A DNA stretch of 64,000 nt, taken from a virus. The stretch spans positions 32,001-96,000 of IMG/VR virus record IMGVR_UViG_3300007512_000012, one strand, 5' to 3'. The notes beneath the pieces were generated by a model. It was not told the DNA's origin. It searched no databases and saw only the letters and a program-made list of their open reading frames with translations. This document shows positions 9,875 to 19,530 of this stretch, one piece after another (within the stretch, counting starts at the first letter, position 1; each line of letters begins with the position of its first letter). The translations under genes were made by a program, and so were the position numbers.

Positions 9875-10581
9875 TTCGTCGGCTCCGGCGGCTCGAACAG
9901 CAGCTTCAGCTCCCGCCACTCGCTCCACCAGCTCATCACCTCGGGGTTGTTCGCAGCCTCGGGCGGGGGCGTGTCGAACTGCCAGTTGTGGACGGTGGCG
10001 AACTCCGACAGGCGCTCGTACCGCTGCTGCTTCACCGCAAGGGCGAGATCCTCGACATCCCGGTCCAGCGCCTTGATCTTCTTGTAGGTCCGCTTGACGA
10101 CCTTCTGCTGTGCCTGCACCGCCTTGACCGGCTCGGGCGTCGGATCAGGGGTCGCCTTCGGTGTGGGCTTCGGCGTCGGGGTCACCGCCTGTGCGAGCAT
10201 CGGGGGCGTCGGCCCCTCCGCACCGGCATCCACCTCGCCCGAGGGGTCCGGGGCAGGCTGGACCTCCACATGCTCCGGGGCCGCACCGACCGGCGTCGCG
10301 AGCTGCGCAAGCAGGACCGGCTCTGGCGTGGGGGCCATCACCGGGGGCGGGGCCGCCATCGCCATCGCAGGCATGGGCTCGGGCTCAGGCATGGCCTCGA
10401 CCTCGTCTGCGACGGGGTCCTCGACGACCTCGACGGCCACCGGGGCCATCTCGTCGGCCGCCATCATCTCGTAGGCGACCGGCTCGGCCTCTGCGCTGGC
10501 CTCTCGCTGGCAGCCGCTACCGAGGAGGCAGAGAGCGCCGAAGGTCAGAGCGAATGTCGTCCAGTCGCCTGTTGGTCGCAT
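9871..10581 (-). CDS. Pro/Ala-rich lipoprotein (possible o-spanin)
   Basis: Hydrophobic signal ending LCLLGSG-C; Pro-rich linker; starts inside the upstream membrane-protein gene. Confidence 0.55.
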   Translation of the reverse strand: MRPTGDWTTFALTFGALCLLGSGCQREASAEAEPVAYEMMAADEMAPVAVEVVEDPVADEVEAMPEPEPMPAMAMAAPPPVMAPTPEPVLLAQLATPVGAAPEHVEVQPAPDPSGEVDAGAEGPTPPMLAQAVTPTPKPTPKATPDPTPEPVKAVQAQQKVVKRTYKKIKALDRDVEDLALAVKQQRYERLSEFATVHNWQFDTPPPEAANNPEVMSWWSEWRELKLLFEPPEPTK

Positions 10582-10792
10582 CGAGCTTCTCCTCCACCCT
10601 GCCGAGAGACGTGGTGTTCGCGGTCACGCCGTCCTTGATCGCCTTCGCAGCCGCCACCTCGGACTCCAGCCGCTCGATCTTCTCGTCCTGCACAGCCTGT
10701 CCGACTTCGAGCTTCACGCCCCACAGCAGCAACGGAATGACCAGGACCGACAGGATCTTGAACGCGAGGTCTGTCCACTTTGATTTGTCCAT
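10517..10792 (-). CDS. Single-TM coiled-coil membrane protein (possible i-spanin or holin)
   Basis: TM segment ILSVLVIPLLLWGV followed by a coiled coil. Confidence 0.6.
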   Translation of the reverse strand: MDKSKWTDLAFKILSVLVIPLLLWGVKLEVGQAVQDEKIERLESEVAAAKAIKDGVTANTTSLGRVEEKLDATNRRLDDIRSDLRRSLPPR

Positions 10793-10820
10793 CGGTTCCT
10801 CCGGTCAGGGGGACAGCTTC

Positions 10821-10841
10821 TTATCCTCTGCCGGGTATAGG
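10821..10841 (-). promoter_or_regulatory. Putative late promoter CCTAT-N12-ATAA
   Basis: Motif copy upstream of ATG 10792. Confidence 0.6.
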
Positions 10842-10882
10842 AAGACCACCACCCCACCAGCGACCGGCTTCGGCCCGGAGAG

Positions 10883-11854
10883 ATGCACATGCCCGTTCCC
10901 GAGCGACTCCAGAAGTTCACGACCCCCATGCCCGTCCTCGACGACGGCCACATCCAGCTCATCGACGTGATGGGGGACGACCTCGCCATCATCGACGCCG
11001 CCCGCGTCAGCTTCTTCGGCCACTCCTCCGAGCACACCGACGCGCAGAACCGCAGCCTGCTCCGCTACCTCATGCGGGGGCGGCACACGACGCCGTTCGA
11101 GATGTGCGAGCTGAAGATCCGCGTGCGGGTCCCGATGGACGCCTGGCGGCAGTGGATTCGCCACCGCACGGCGAACGTGAACGAGTCCTCGACCCGCTAC
11201 GCCCCGGCCATCGACTCCGCGCAGAAGGTCACCACCTGGCGGTCGCAGAGCAAGGACAACAAGCAGGGGTCGGCGGGCGAGGTCGGCGGCTGGCCCGAGG
11301 GCTTCGAGATCCGCATGGACGACGACAACGGCGAGTTCCCGTTCGGCGGGTGGGTCGGCAGCGACTACTTCACCAGCCCGGCCAACTACCTGACGGAGCG
11401 GGAGAGCGAGGCGCAGCGCACGGCCCGCGAGGTGTACGAGGAGCGGCTGTCCTTCGGCGTCGCGAAGGAGCAGGCCCGCAAGGACCTCCCGCTCTCCACG
11501 TACACCGAGGCGTACTGGAAGATGGACCTCCACAACCTGTTCCACTTCCTCGGCCTGCGGCTCGACCCCCACGCGCAGCAGGAGATTCGCGAGTACGCCA
11601 ACGCCATCGCCGAGATCGTGAAGGTGTGGGTGCCCTGGGCGTGGGAGGCGTTCGAGGACTACCGGCTCCAGGCCATGTACCTGACGCGGGCCGACGTGGT
11701 CGGGCTCTCCAGCCTCCTGCGGATGCTCCCCGAGGCCATCGACAAGAGCGTCGCCGAGATCGTCGCCGCCGGGGTGGCCGAGGCCGGGGTCAAGGGCCGC
11801 GAGAAGAAGGAGCTGACCGCGAAGCTCAACCGCCTGCTCACGCCCAGCGGGTAG
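10883..11854 (+). CDS. thyX: Flavin-dependent thymidylate synthase
   Basis: AARVS, HTTPFE, RQWIRHR-x-ANVNESSTRY signature, KEQAR-x-x-LP, R-x-D-x-HAQ-x-EIR. Confidence 0.96.
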   Translation: MHMPVPERLQKFTTPMPVLDDGHIQLIDVMGDDLAIIDAARVSFFGHSSEHTDAQNRSLLRYLMRGRHTTPFEMCELKIRVRVPMDAWRQWIRHRTANVNESSTRYAPAIDSAQKVTTWRSQSKDNKQGSAGEVGGWPEGFEIRMDDDNGEFPFGGWVGSDYFTSPANYLTERESEAQRTAREVYEERLSFGVAKEQARKDLPLSTYTEAYWKMDLHNLFHFLGLRLDPHAQQEIREYANAIAEIVKVWVPWAWEAFEDYRLQAMYLTRADVVGLSSLLRMLPEAIDKSVAEIVAAGVAEAGVKGREKKELTAKLNRLLTPSG

Positions 11855-11913
11855 ATGGAGCCCCCGTTAGTCACCTTATACTCCGCAGTATAGTGTGACC
11901 AGCGGAGACCCTG

Positions 11914-12495
11914 ATGCGAACCTGCACCGTCTGCGAGAAGCCCAAACCTCTCGACGAGTTCCCCGGCAAGGCCCAGCGGTGTCTGGAGTGCCGCAAGGAA
12001 GCCAACCGCCAGAAGCAGCAGCGGTATAGGGAGAGGCTGGCCGCCATGCCCAACCGCGTCTGCCCGCACTGCGAGCAAGACCTGCCCGCGTCGGCGTTCA
12101 CCGGGGGCAACACGCTCTGCCGGGCCTGCCACCGCGACTACCAGAACGCCTGGCGATGTTCGTCGCCGCAGCGGAAGCTCAAGCAGTTGCGGAACGCCGC
12201 CCGGAACAACGCCCGGAAGCAGGGCGTCCCGTTCGACCTCCCCGTCACCCACCTGGAGGCTCTGTGGGAGCAACAGGAGGGCAAGTGCCTCTACACGGGC
12301 ACCGAACTCACCTGGGCCAGCGACAGGGCGGACACGGCCATCAGCCTCGACCGGAGGGTTCCCGCCGAGGGGTACGTTGAGGGCAACGTCGTGCTGGCGT
12401 GTTGGGCGTTCAACCGGATGAAGCAGAACTTCACCTTCGAGGAGCTGGCGGGCTACTGCCGCCGCTACCTCGACTGGTACGAGAGGGCGGCATGA
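11914..12495 (+). CDS. HNH-like endonuclease with N-terminal zinc ribbons
   Basis: CxxC pairs; QQEGKCLYTG...SLDR...GYVEGNVVLACWAFNRMK. Confidence 0.8.
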   Translation: MRTCTVCEKPKPLDEFPGKAQRCLECRKEANRQKQQRYRERLAAMPNRVCPHCEQDLPASAFTGGNTLCRACHRDYQNAWRCSSPQRKLKQLRNAARNNARKQGVPFDLPVTHLEALWEQQEGKCLYTGTELTWASDRADTAISLDRRVPAEGYVEGNVVLACWAFNRMKQNFTFEELAGYCRRYLDWYERAA

Positions 12496-12884
12496 GGGGC
12501 GGAGCCCATTTGTATGTGATCCAGAGCCACACGACGGGGGCCTTCAAGGTCGGACGAAGCTCTGACCCCGAACGGCGGCTGCGGGACCTTCAGGTCGGCT
12601 CACCGTTCGAGCTGCGCATCATTCTTGTCGTCGAGAACGCGGGGTGGCGGGAGCGGCGGGTCCACCACGCACTCCGGGGCTACCGCTCGCAGGGGACGTA
12701 CAAGGGGGAGTGGTTCATCGAGCCCGGCCTCGGGAGCCTGCCCGACGACCTGTACGACCTGCTCGATCTCGAAGTGGTCAACTCGTGGTGGGAGACGGCC
12801 GCCGGGCCGATCCACCCGCCCGGTCCCCCGAGGGGGTGGATGGCGGGTCGAATCGACCTGACGCGGCCCCGCGAAGACGACTAG
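12492..12884 (+). CDS. GIY-YIG / T5orf172-family nuclease
   Basis: LYVIQ...FKVGRS-x-DPERRLRDLQVGSP...E-x-x-x-H...GEWF. Confidence 0.85.
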   Translation: MRGGAHLYVIQSHTTGAFKVGRSSDPERRLRDLQVGSPFELRIILVVENAGWRERRVHHALRGYRSQGTYKGEWFIEPGLGSLPDDLYDLLDLEVVNSWWETAAGPIHPPGPPRGWMAGRIDLTRPREDD

Positions 12885-13621
12885 GCCGTCTCAGCCCACA
12901 TCTCCGCCAGCATCGCCTCGGTCTGCCTGCGGGCCTCCTTGAGGTGCTCGTCGCGCTCGGCCTTCGCCTCCGCCGAGAGCGTCAGGTCGGTCAGCGGCAC
13001 CTCGACATCCTCGCCGTCGATGATGACGAAGACGTGGTCGGGGGAACCCTCCTGCTCGGCCACGGCCACCGTCTCGCCCTGGTAGACGACCGTGATGCCG
13101 GGCTTGTTGGCGATCCACTGGAGGACGTGCCGGGCCTGCCGCTTGGCCTCGTCCGCCTTCATCTTGGCCGTGTCCGCCGCCCGGTCGAACTTCTCGGGGC
13201 CGAGGTCGAAGTTGGCGACCCACCGCGCGACGGCCTTCTCGTCCTCCATCCAGGCGGTGAACTCGGGCATGGCCTCGGCGACGTGCGGGTACAGATCGAT
13301 GAGCGAGGCCCACCAGCCGATAGCCTTCACCATCGTCATGCGGCACTCGACCACGTTGAACGTGTCGTACTTCGGGTTCGGGAACTCCTCGCCGTCCTTG
13401 CGGTAGGTCGCGTTGGTGTCCTGCCGGGTGCGGATGCCGAAGGAGATCATCGACTCCAGCAGCCGACCGACGCCGATGGCGTAGCTCCGGTTGAGCGGCT
13501 GCGCGCGGCGGACCTTCCAGTGCGCCTGGTGAACCTCGGGCGTCCAGGCCGCGTACCAGGCCAGGACGGTCAGGTCGCCCTTCGAGAGGGGCACCAGGAT
13601 GTTCAGGTCGGGCGTCGTCAT
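12881..13621 (-). CDS. Hypothetical protein
   Basis: GGAG RBS before MTTPD; downstream of a class-2 promoter copy. Confidence 0.65.
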   Translation of the reverse strand: MTTPDLNILVPLSKGDLTVLAWYAAWTPEVHQAHWKVRRAQPLNRSYAIGVGRLLESMISFGIRTRQDTNATYRKDGEEFPNPKYDTFNVVECRMTMVKAIGWWASLIDLYPHVAEAMPEFTAWMEDEKAVARWVANFDLGPEKFDRAADTAKMKADEAKRQARHVLQWIANKPGITVVYQGETVAVAEQEGSPDHVFVIIDGEDVEVPLTDLTLSAEAKAERDEHLKEARRQTEAMLAEMWAETA

Positions 13622-13643
13622 CGGGATCTCCATCGTCCGTGTC

Positions 13644-13720
13644 CACCACTGGCGACGAGCCCTTTCTGAGCCTCGATCTTTTTCTGCTTTCAGGGCTCAG
13701 ACGAAGGAACCCGCCAGTAG
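13644..13720. promoter_or_regulatory. Back-to-back putative promoters GGCTCAG-N12-GCCAGTRG flanking a T-tract
   Basis: Plus strand GGCTCAG acgaaggaaccc GCCAGTAG; minus strand GGCTCAG aaagggctcgtc GCCAGTGG; near-copy at about 36152-36232. Confidence 0.6.
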
Positions 13721-13742
13721 TGGGGGTGGACGACGGAGAACG

Positions 13743-14447
13743 ATGATGACCACGACCCGCAAGTACGACCCCGCCAGCATCCGCCACCGCGAAGACCTGG
13801 CACACGAGCTTCAGACGATGCTCCGCACGGCGGGCTTCGAGCAGGTGACGCTGCCGGGCACGAACGAGGAGGTCTGGGGCCGCGTGAGCGACCGCAACGC
13901 CGACATCCGGGTCCTGGTCTACACGACCATCGAGCACGGCAAGGCTCGCCGCTGCGGCAAGGACGCCATCCGCGTCTGCGCCGTCTACAAGTCGGACCGC
14001 GACGGCAAGGAGCGAGGGCTGGCGAAAGCCGAGAAGCGGGTCAACCGGACCGGCACCATCGAGGCCATCTGCGAGCGCACCCTGACCCGGATGCGCAGCG
14101 TGTTCGGGCTGGCCCGGAACCCCGAGCGGTGCTCCTGCGGTGCCCCGAAGTTCAAGGCGAAGTCCGACAAGCACGTCTGCGCCCGCCTCTGCTGGCTCTC
14201 CGACGAGCAGCTTCGCCGACCGGCCCCCCGCCGGTCCACCCGCCGAGGCCGCCGGGGCTGGGGCCGCCGGAGCCACACCCCCGCCGCCACCACCAGCTAC
14301 CGCAGCGCCGTCCCGGCCGGTGCCCCGCTGCCCGCCTCCTGGGAGAACGCCCCGCTCGCCAAGCAGGTCGCTTGGATGATGGCGGCTGGCGACACCAGCG
14401 GCGAGGTCGATTGGGACCGCTGGGCCGACGAGCAGATGGGGAACTGA
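13743..14447 (+). CDS. Hypothetical protein with a Cys cluster
   Basis: GGAG RBS; CSCG...C-x-x-x-C; Arg-rich segment. Confidence 0.65.
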   Translation: MMTTTRKYDPASIRHREDLAHELQTMLRTAGFEQVTLPGTNEEVWGRVSDRNADIRVLVYTTIEHGKARRCGKDAIRVCAVYKSDRDGKERGLAKAEKRVNRTGTIEAICERTLTRMRSVFGLARNPERCSCGAPKFKAKSDKHVCARLCWLSDEQLRRPAPRRSTRRGRRGWGRRSHTPAATTSYRSAVPAGAPLPASWENAPLAKQVAWMMAAGDTSGEVDWDRWADEQMGN

Positions 14448-14449
14448 CG

Positions 14450-14698
14450 ATGAGCGCACCGAACGGCATCACCGCCAAGGTCACGAAGATGAAGGGCCGA
14501 GGCCGCAACCGCATGGCCTTCGTGGTCCCGCAGGCCGAGGCCCCGGCCGACATCGCCAAGGGCGACTGGTTCCGCGTCCCCTGCGCTCAGGTGGGAGACG
14601 AGGGGGTGTTGCTGGCCCCGACGCCGGGTAGTCGGTTGCAGCAGTGGTTGTTCGCCCCGGCACGGATGAACCCGCACTGGCAGGAGAGCGCCGCATGA
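14450..14698 (+). CDS. Hypothetical protein
   Basis: MSAPNG start 2 nt after the previous stop. Confidence 0.55.
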   Translation: MSAPNGITAKVTKMKGRGRNRMAFVVPQAEAPADIAKGDWFRVPCAQVGDEGVLLAPTPGSRLQQWLFAPARMNPHWQESAA

Positions 14699-14991
14699 CC
14701 GTCAAGCTCCCCACCGACTTCGGGCTCGACGCCCGCCGCAAGGCCGAGGACTGCCCCTTCGTCCTAGACGACCGGGCGACGGGCTGCGACCTCACCCCCG
14801 GCACGGTGGTGGTCGGTCAGGACGTGCCCGGCCTGGAGGAGTCCTTCGGGTTCGACCGGGCACTCCAGAAGCCCAGCCGTGTCCGCATGGTCCTGTTCGG
14901 GTTCACCCGCCCGCACGCCTACGCCTGCTGCCTCGACCGGGAGGGCAACTGGTGGAACGTCCACCCTGAAGCCCTGGAGCCGACCACATGA
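14695..14991 (+). CDS. Hypothetical protein
   Basis: ATGA-coupled; GGAG RBS. Confidence 0.55.
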   Translation: MTVKLPTDFGLDARRKAEDCPFVLDDRATGCDLTPGTVVVGQDVPGLEESFGFDRALQKPSRVRMVLFGFTRPHAYACCLDREGNWWNVHPEALEPTT

Positions 14992-15902
14992 GCCGGATCA
15001 CGGCATCGCAAGCCCTGGAGCTTCAGCACGAGCAGTTCGCCTTCGCACAGAGCCACAAGGGCCTGCGCTACTGGACGAGCTTCTCGAAGATGGACAGCGA
15101 GGACGAGGCCCGGCCGTTCCAAGCGGTCGAGGTCGTCACCTTGAAGCTGGCCCCCACCTACCTCGTCGCCGAGGAGATGTACCAGCTCGCCCTGCACGCC
15201 GCCCGGTCCATGCCCGACGTGCCCCTCGCCGAAGGCGACCTCCCCAGCCCCTCTGGCTTCTGCCTGCTGGAGCAGCCCATCGTGGCCCCGGACGTACACG
15301 GCAAGCTGGTGTCGATGGCCGGGTTCACCTGGCACATCGCCATCCAGGGGGGCAAGAAGGGCGTCTTCTGGACCATCTACAGTGACACCCGTGACCCCCG
15401 CGACGACTACTACGACGCCGAGCTGATCGAAGGGATGCCACGCCTCCTCCCGGTGGGCCGCAACATGGAGCTGTTCGGCGACCTCTCCCTCACCCTGGAA
15501 GAAGTCCAGGCCCGCCAAGGCGGGAGCGAGGAGACGATTGCCGAGGCCATCCTGCACATGCGGACCCTGCCCCTGTGCATCTTCACCCTGATGCAGCAGA
15601 CCATCGTGGTGCAGACGCCGGAGAAGCCCCGGCGGCACGTCCGGCGGCGGCTCAAGCGCAAGGACTCCCCGCTGCACGAGAAGATGGTCAAGATCGTCCG
15701 GCTGCGGAGGGTTCGGCACCGGGAGACGCCGAAGGGCGAGTCACAGCCCGTGGACTGGTCGCACCGCTGGGTCGTGAGCGGCCACTGGCGGCTTCAGCCG
15801 ACCAACCAGGGGGTGAAGCGCATTTACATCATGCCCTTCGTGAAAGGGCCGGAGGACAAGCCGTTGTTGATCAAGGAGACGGTCCACGTCCTCGACCGCT
15901 AG
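14988..15902 (+). CDS. Conserved phage protein with a C-terminal GHWR motif
   Basis: WVVSGHWRLQP...IYIMPFVKGP, a motif common in phage hypothetical proteins. Confidence 0.7.
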   Translation: MSRITASQALELQHEQFAFAQSHKGLRYWTSFSKMDSEDEARPFQAVEVVTLKLAPTYLVAEEMYQLALHAARSMPDVPLAEGDLPSPSGFCLLEQPIVAPDVHGKLVSMAGFTWHIAIQGGKKGVFWTIYSDTRDPRDDYYDAELIEGMPRLLPVGRNMELFGDLSLTLEEVQARQGGSEETIAEAILHMRTLPLCIFTLMQQTIVVQTPEKPRRHVRRRLKRKDSPLHEKMVKIVRLRRVRHRETPKGESQPVDWSHRWVVSGHWRLQPTNQGVKRIYIMPFVKGPEDKPLLIKETVHVLDR

Positions 15903-16615
15903 TCGAGGGGGGACGGCCCCATCACCTCGTCCGAGTCCTGGTAGTGGTGCCCCTTGCCGTGCCCGTAGAGGTCGTCCACTTCCAGCAGTGGGTCACGGTG
16001 CAGGGGCTCACCATCCTCCTGCCGCCCACCGGCATCGACGTACTGCGGGTCCAGCTTGCAGATGTCGGCGATGAAGTTGCAGTCCACCCGGTTGTGGATG
16101 AGGTGGGCCAGCCCGGCACCCCAGGCCGGGGTGAAGTAGACCTGGAACAGCCGGTCGCCCGGACGCACCAGCACCGGCTCCGTCGCCTCGATCTCCAGCG
16201 TCCAGCGGCCGTGGAAGCCGTTGTCGCCGACGCCCGCCGTCTTGTGGGCCTCGATGGACAGCCGACCGCAGGTGGACCTCCCGTCCAGGTGGGGGACGAC
16301 CCCCCGGCAGTACGTCTCCTCCAGCGTCACGCCCAGGTAGAACTGGCCGGGCACGAGCACCCAACAGTCCCGGTAGCCGTCCTTGTCCACCTTCGGCACG
16401 TCGATGAGCGGCGGTGGATTCTTGGGGTCGAGAGCCATCTGCAAGCCCTCGTACACCGGGTCGAACACCGGCACCCGCCCCTCCTTGGGGTGGTACATCT
16501 TGAGCGAGTCGCCGAGGCGGAGGTCGATGCTGTTCGGCCCGATGTTCACCGGGGCCGGGCTCACCTTGATGAGCCGGGCCCCGATGAGGGTCTTGATGGC
16601 AGGTCGGGTGAGCAC
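15899..16615 (-). CDS. dcd: dCTP deaminase
   Basis: GPNSIDLRLG, GRST-x-GRL, HKTAGVGDNGFHGRWTLEI; likely GTG start just after the vWA stop. Confidence 0.9.
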   Translation of the reverse strand: MLTRPAIKTLIGARLIKVSPAPVNIGPNSIDLRLGDSLKMYHPKEGRVPVFDPVYEGLQMALDPKNPPPLIDVPKVDKDGYRDCWVLVPGQFYLGVTLEETYCRGVVPHLDGRSTCGRLSIEAHKTAGVGDNGFHGRWTLEIEATEPVLVRPGDRLFQVYFTPAWGAGLAHLIHNRVDCNFIADICKLDPQYVDAGGRQEDGEPLHRDPLLEVDDLYGHGKGHHYQDSDEVMGPSPLD

Positions 16616-16617
16616 GC

Positions 16618-19086
16618 CTACGCCTGGAGCGCCTTGGCGGCTTCCAGGCCACGCTCCGTCGAGAAGTGCTCGGCCTTGGTGAACACGCCGAGGATCATCC
16701 CGGTGCCCGGCACCTTGTAGAAGGTGCCCTCCTTCTCGGCCTTCGCCAGCTTGACGGCCGGGAACGCCTCGACGAGCTGGTCGGCGGTCATGGCCGAGCC
16801 GAAGCCCTCGGGCATGAGGCCGGTGGCCCCGATGTAGAAGGCCAGCGGGGTCAGGTGCTCGGCGTACAGGGCGTCGATGGCCGCGTTGACCTGGCCCAGG
16901 GCCGCCTTGAACACGCCCAGCGCCTCGTCGGCGTCCATGCCGCCCGCGAGCACGTCCATGAAGGCGTCCACGTCGGCGTGGGCGGCCTCCAGGGCGTCGC
17001 GCAGGGCCGCGTCGCTGCCGGTGCGCAGGAAGCCCTCGTAGATGGGGAAGGACAGCTCGTCCACCGCGTCGAGCTTCGTCCGGGCGGACAGGCTCTTGAG
17101 GGACCAGGCGTTGCCGTCCGCCCACCAGTCGGAGAGCTTCGGCTTCTTGACCTTCGTGCCGTCGCTGGCCGTCAGGTCGAAGCGCCGCTGGAGGTAGGCG
17201 TTGCCGCTCTTCAGCTTGCCGACGTTGGTGATGTCGGGCGTGCCGAGCTTCACCTTGTAGGACAGCTTGGTGTCCACCTCGCCCGTCGCGAGCGCCTGCG
17301 CCAGGTCGGCGTAGGGGGTCGTCGTCGGCGGGGTGAAGTACATGGCCGGGCTGATGTAGCAGGCCTTGAGGTCGGCGATCTGCTCGGCCGTCAGGGCCTC
17401 CGACGTGCCCGCCGTCAGGCCGGACAGGAGCTTCTGGAGGACGGTCAGCTTGGCGATGTCCTCGAACAGGTCCGGCACCATGTCGCCGAACTCCTGGTCG
17501 TAGTCCACCAGCGGCATGTCGCCCAGCGGGATGCTGATCTCCTGGTTGGGGTCGAAGTCGCCCTGGACCAGCCCCATCGTCTTGAGCGCGGCGAAGCACC
17601 GCTTGTCGCTCGTGCGGAAGGGCAGCACCGCCACGTTGATCGCACCGTCGCCGACCAGCGTGTAGTTGCGGTAGCTCTTGAGGTCCAGCTTGATGCCCGC
17701 GACCTCCCCCACCGGGTTGCCGGTGGCCGTCTCCATGAGCTTGCCGTCCTCGACGAGCCGGATGTTGGCCGTGGCCGTGTCCCGGTTGATGTCGAAGCCG
17801 GACACCGCGACCGCCGTGTTGTCGCGGGGCGTCTGGAGCTTGTGGGTGGGCGGCTCGATGACGCCCTGGTCGTTGCGCTTGCCGGGCACGCGCTTCAGGC
17901 CCCGGCGGGTGTAGCCGTTGGCGAGCTTCGCGACGTTGACCCGGAGGCTGCCCCGGTAGGTGTTGAGCACCGACAGCAGGTCGAGCACGGCCGGGCCGGT
18001 ATCCCCGAGGCCGTAGCCCGTGGTCAGGCTCTCGCCCTTGTCGCCGAGCAGGTAGGCCTCGATGTCGGTCGCCATCGACGCGACCTCGGAGGCGACGAGC
18101 GCACGGGCGTTGCGGTGGATGAGGCCGCCGATGCGGGTGCTGACCATCGCGAACTTCGCGGTGTTCAGGTTGCCCAGCGCGATCTGCGCCTTCGCGAAGG
18201 CGAGCAGGGCGGTCGGCTCGGTGAGGCCGTCGCAGATGGGGCCGGAGGCCGCGTTGTAGGCCGCCTCGTCCACCTCCTTGTAGCGGTAGACGGTCGCGTC
18301 GTCGTCGCCGGAGAGGCCGCGCACGGTCAGGGGCTTGGTGCTGCCGAGCACCTTGCCGCCCTTCTTGCTGACGAAGGTCATGAAGTCGAAGCCGCCGATG
18401 CCCGCCTCGATGACCGGCGACATCTGCCCGGCCAGGAGGGTCTGCGTGTCGTGCAGGGCCTTGTAGACCTCGCGGGCGTTGCTGGCCTGCATCGACTTGC
18501 CGGACAGCCGGTTGGCGATGGCCGCCAGCAGGGCGAAGTCGCACCAGGAGCGGTAGCCGACCGTGTTGCAGAAGACGTTGGGGTGCCGCTCGATGGCCTC
18601 GACCGCCGCGACGATGCTCTGGGCCTCGCGGTAGGGCGACGGGTCGTTGGCGTAGCCGTCCGTGTGGAGGCTGATGCAGGTGACCTCGGCGTCGTCGATG
18701 AGCTTCTCGGCCTCGACGAGCGCCTGGCTCATGCCGGTGAGGCCGCGCACGCGGAGGTTGCGGATCTCGGCCAGGTGCGGGCTGCCGGGGGCCATCACCT
18801 CCTCGACCGTCACCTTCTCGAAGTGGACCCGGCAGTCGCCGTTGGACGAGTAGGTGAGCAGGCTGATCTTCATCGACGGGTCGTTGAACTCCTCCGCCGT
18901 GAAGACCTTCTCGATGACCGACTTCACCTGGTCGAGGTCGCCCCACATGGAGCCGCTCACGTCGAGGACGGCGATGTGGTGGCTCGGGGCCGTGGCCCCC
19001 GCACTCGGGTCGGGCGTCACGTCCTGGGACTCGACGGTGAAGAAGCGGACGGGCTTGCCGCCGTAGTTGTGCAGGGCGAACTTCAT
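16618..19086 (-). CDS. vWA-domain protein (822 aa)
   Basis: MIDAS motif DVSGS, GLT, HTDG; AGGAGG RBS. Confidence 0.85.
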   Translation of the reverse strand: MKFALHNYGGKPVRFFTVESQDVTPDPSAGATAPSHHIAVLDVSGSMWGDLDQVKSVIEKVFTAEEFNDPSMKISLLTYSSNGDCRVHFEKVTVEEVMAPGSPHLAEIRNLRVRGLTGMSQALVEAEKLIDDAEVTCISLHTDGYANDPSPYREAQSIVAAVEAIERHPNVFCNTVGYRSWCDFALLAAIANRLSGKSMQASNAREVYKALHDTQTLLAGQMSPVIEAGIGGFDFMTFVSKKGGKVLGSTKPLTVRGLSGDDDATVYRYKEVDEAAYNAASGPICDGLTEPTALLAFAKAQIALGNLNTAKFAMVSTRIGGLIHRNARALVASEVASMATDIEAYLLGDKGESLTTGYGLGDTGPAVLDLLSVLNTYRGSLRVNVAKLANGYTRRGLKRVPGKRNDQGVIEPPTHKLQTPRDNTAVAVSGFDINRDTATANIRLVEDGKLMETATGNPVGEVAGIKLDLKSYRNYTLVGDGAINVAVLPFRTSDKRCFAALKTMGLVQGDFDPNQEISIPLGDMPLVDYDQEFGDMVPDLFEDIAKLTVLQKLLSGLTAGTSEALTAEQIADLKACYISPAMYFTPPTTTPYADLAQALATGEVDTKLSYKVKLGTPDITNVGKLKSGNAYLQRRFDLTASDGTKVKKPKLSDWWADGNAWSLKSLSARTKLDAVDELSFPIYEGFLRTGSDAALRDALEAAHADVDAFMDVLAGGMDADEALGVFKAALGQVNAAIDALYAEHLTPLAFYIGATGLMPEGFGSAMTADQLVEAFPAVKLAKAEKEGTFYKVPGTGMILGVFTKAEHFSTERGLEAAKALQA

Positions 19087-19146
19087 CTCGGGGAACCTCC
19101 TTGTGGTGCTGCCGGGTCTACTCGCTGGGGGCCAGAGCCGGTCCCC

Positions 19147-19530
19147 TCATCGACGAGCGCGCTTCGCCCGCTTCGCGGCCATCATCTCGTCGTGGACCTG
19201 CTCGAACCGCTTGACGCCGATGAGGTGCAGGCCGATCTCCTCCGCGTAGTTCTGGAGCATGTAGGGGCTCCAGGTGCCGCCGGGGATGCGCAGCCGCCGC
19301 GAGTCGATGACCTTCAGGTCGCCCTTGCGGCCCTCGAAGAAGATCGGGCTGCGGAAGATGAAGATCACCTGGTCGCCGCCCTTCGACAGGAACAGGAACG
19401 CCTCACCCTCCTCCAGGTCGCCGGGGTAGTGCCCCTCCTTGCTGAACAGGACCAGGTTCGTCGCCTCGCTGCGACTGAAGGAACAGCGGACCACGGCCTT
19501 CAGCCGCAGGCGCGTCTTGCCTTTGCTCAT
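19147..19530 (-). CDS. Hypothetical protein weakly resembling IS66 Orf2 (TnpB accessory protein)
   Basis: GEAFLFLSKGGDQVIF...RLRIPGGTW; ATGA-coupled. Confidence 0.45.
   Translation of the reverse strand: MSKGKTRLRLKAVVRCSFSRSEATNLVLFSKEGHYPGDLEEGEAFLFLSKGGDQVIFIFRSPIFFEGRKGDLKVIDSRRLRIPGGTWSPYMLQNYAEEIGLHLIGVKRFEQVHDEMMAAKRAKRARR

Noticed and set aside
15899-18946. 1015-aa ORF that looks like a long fusion to dCTP deaminase
   Set aside because: The upstream 777 codons are an off-frame overlap of the vWA gene; dcd starts at about 16615
19147-19530. Possible IS66 element
   Set aside because: No TnpC transposase, terminal inverted repeats or target duplication seen
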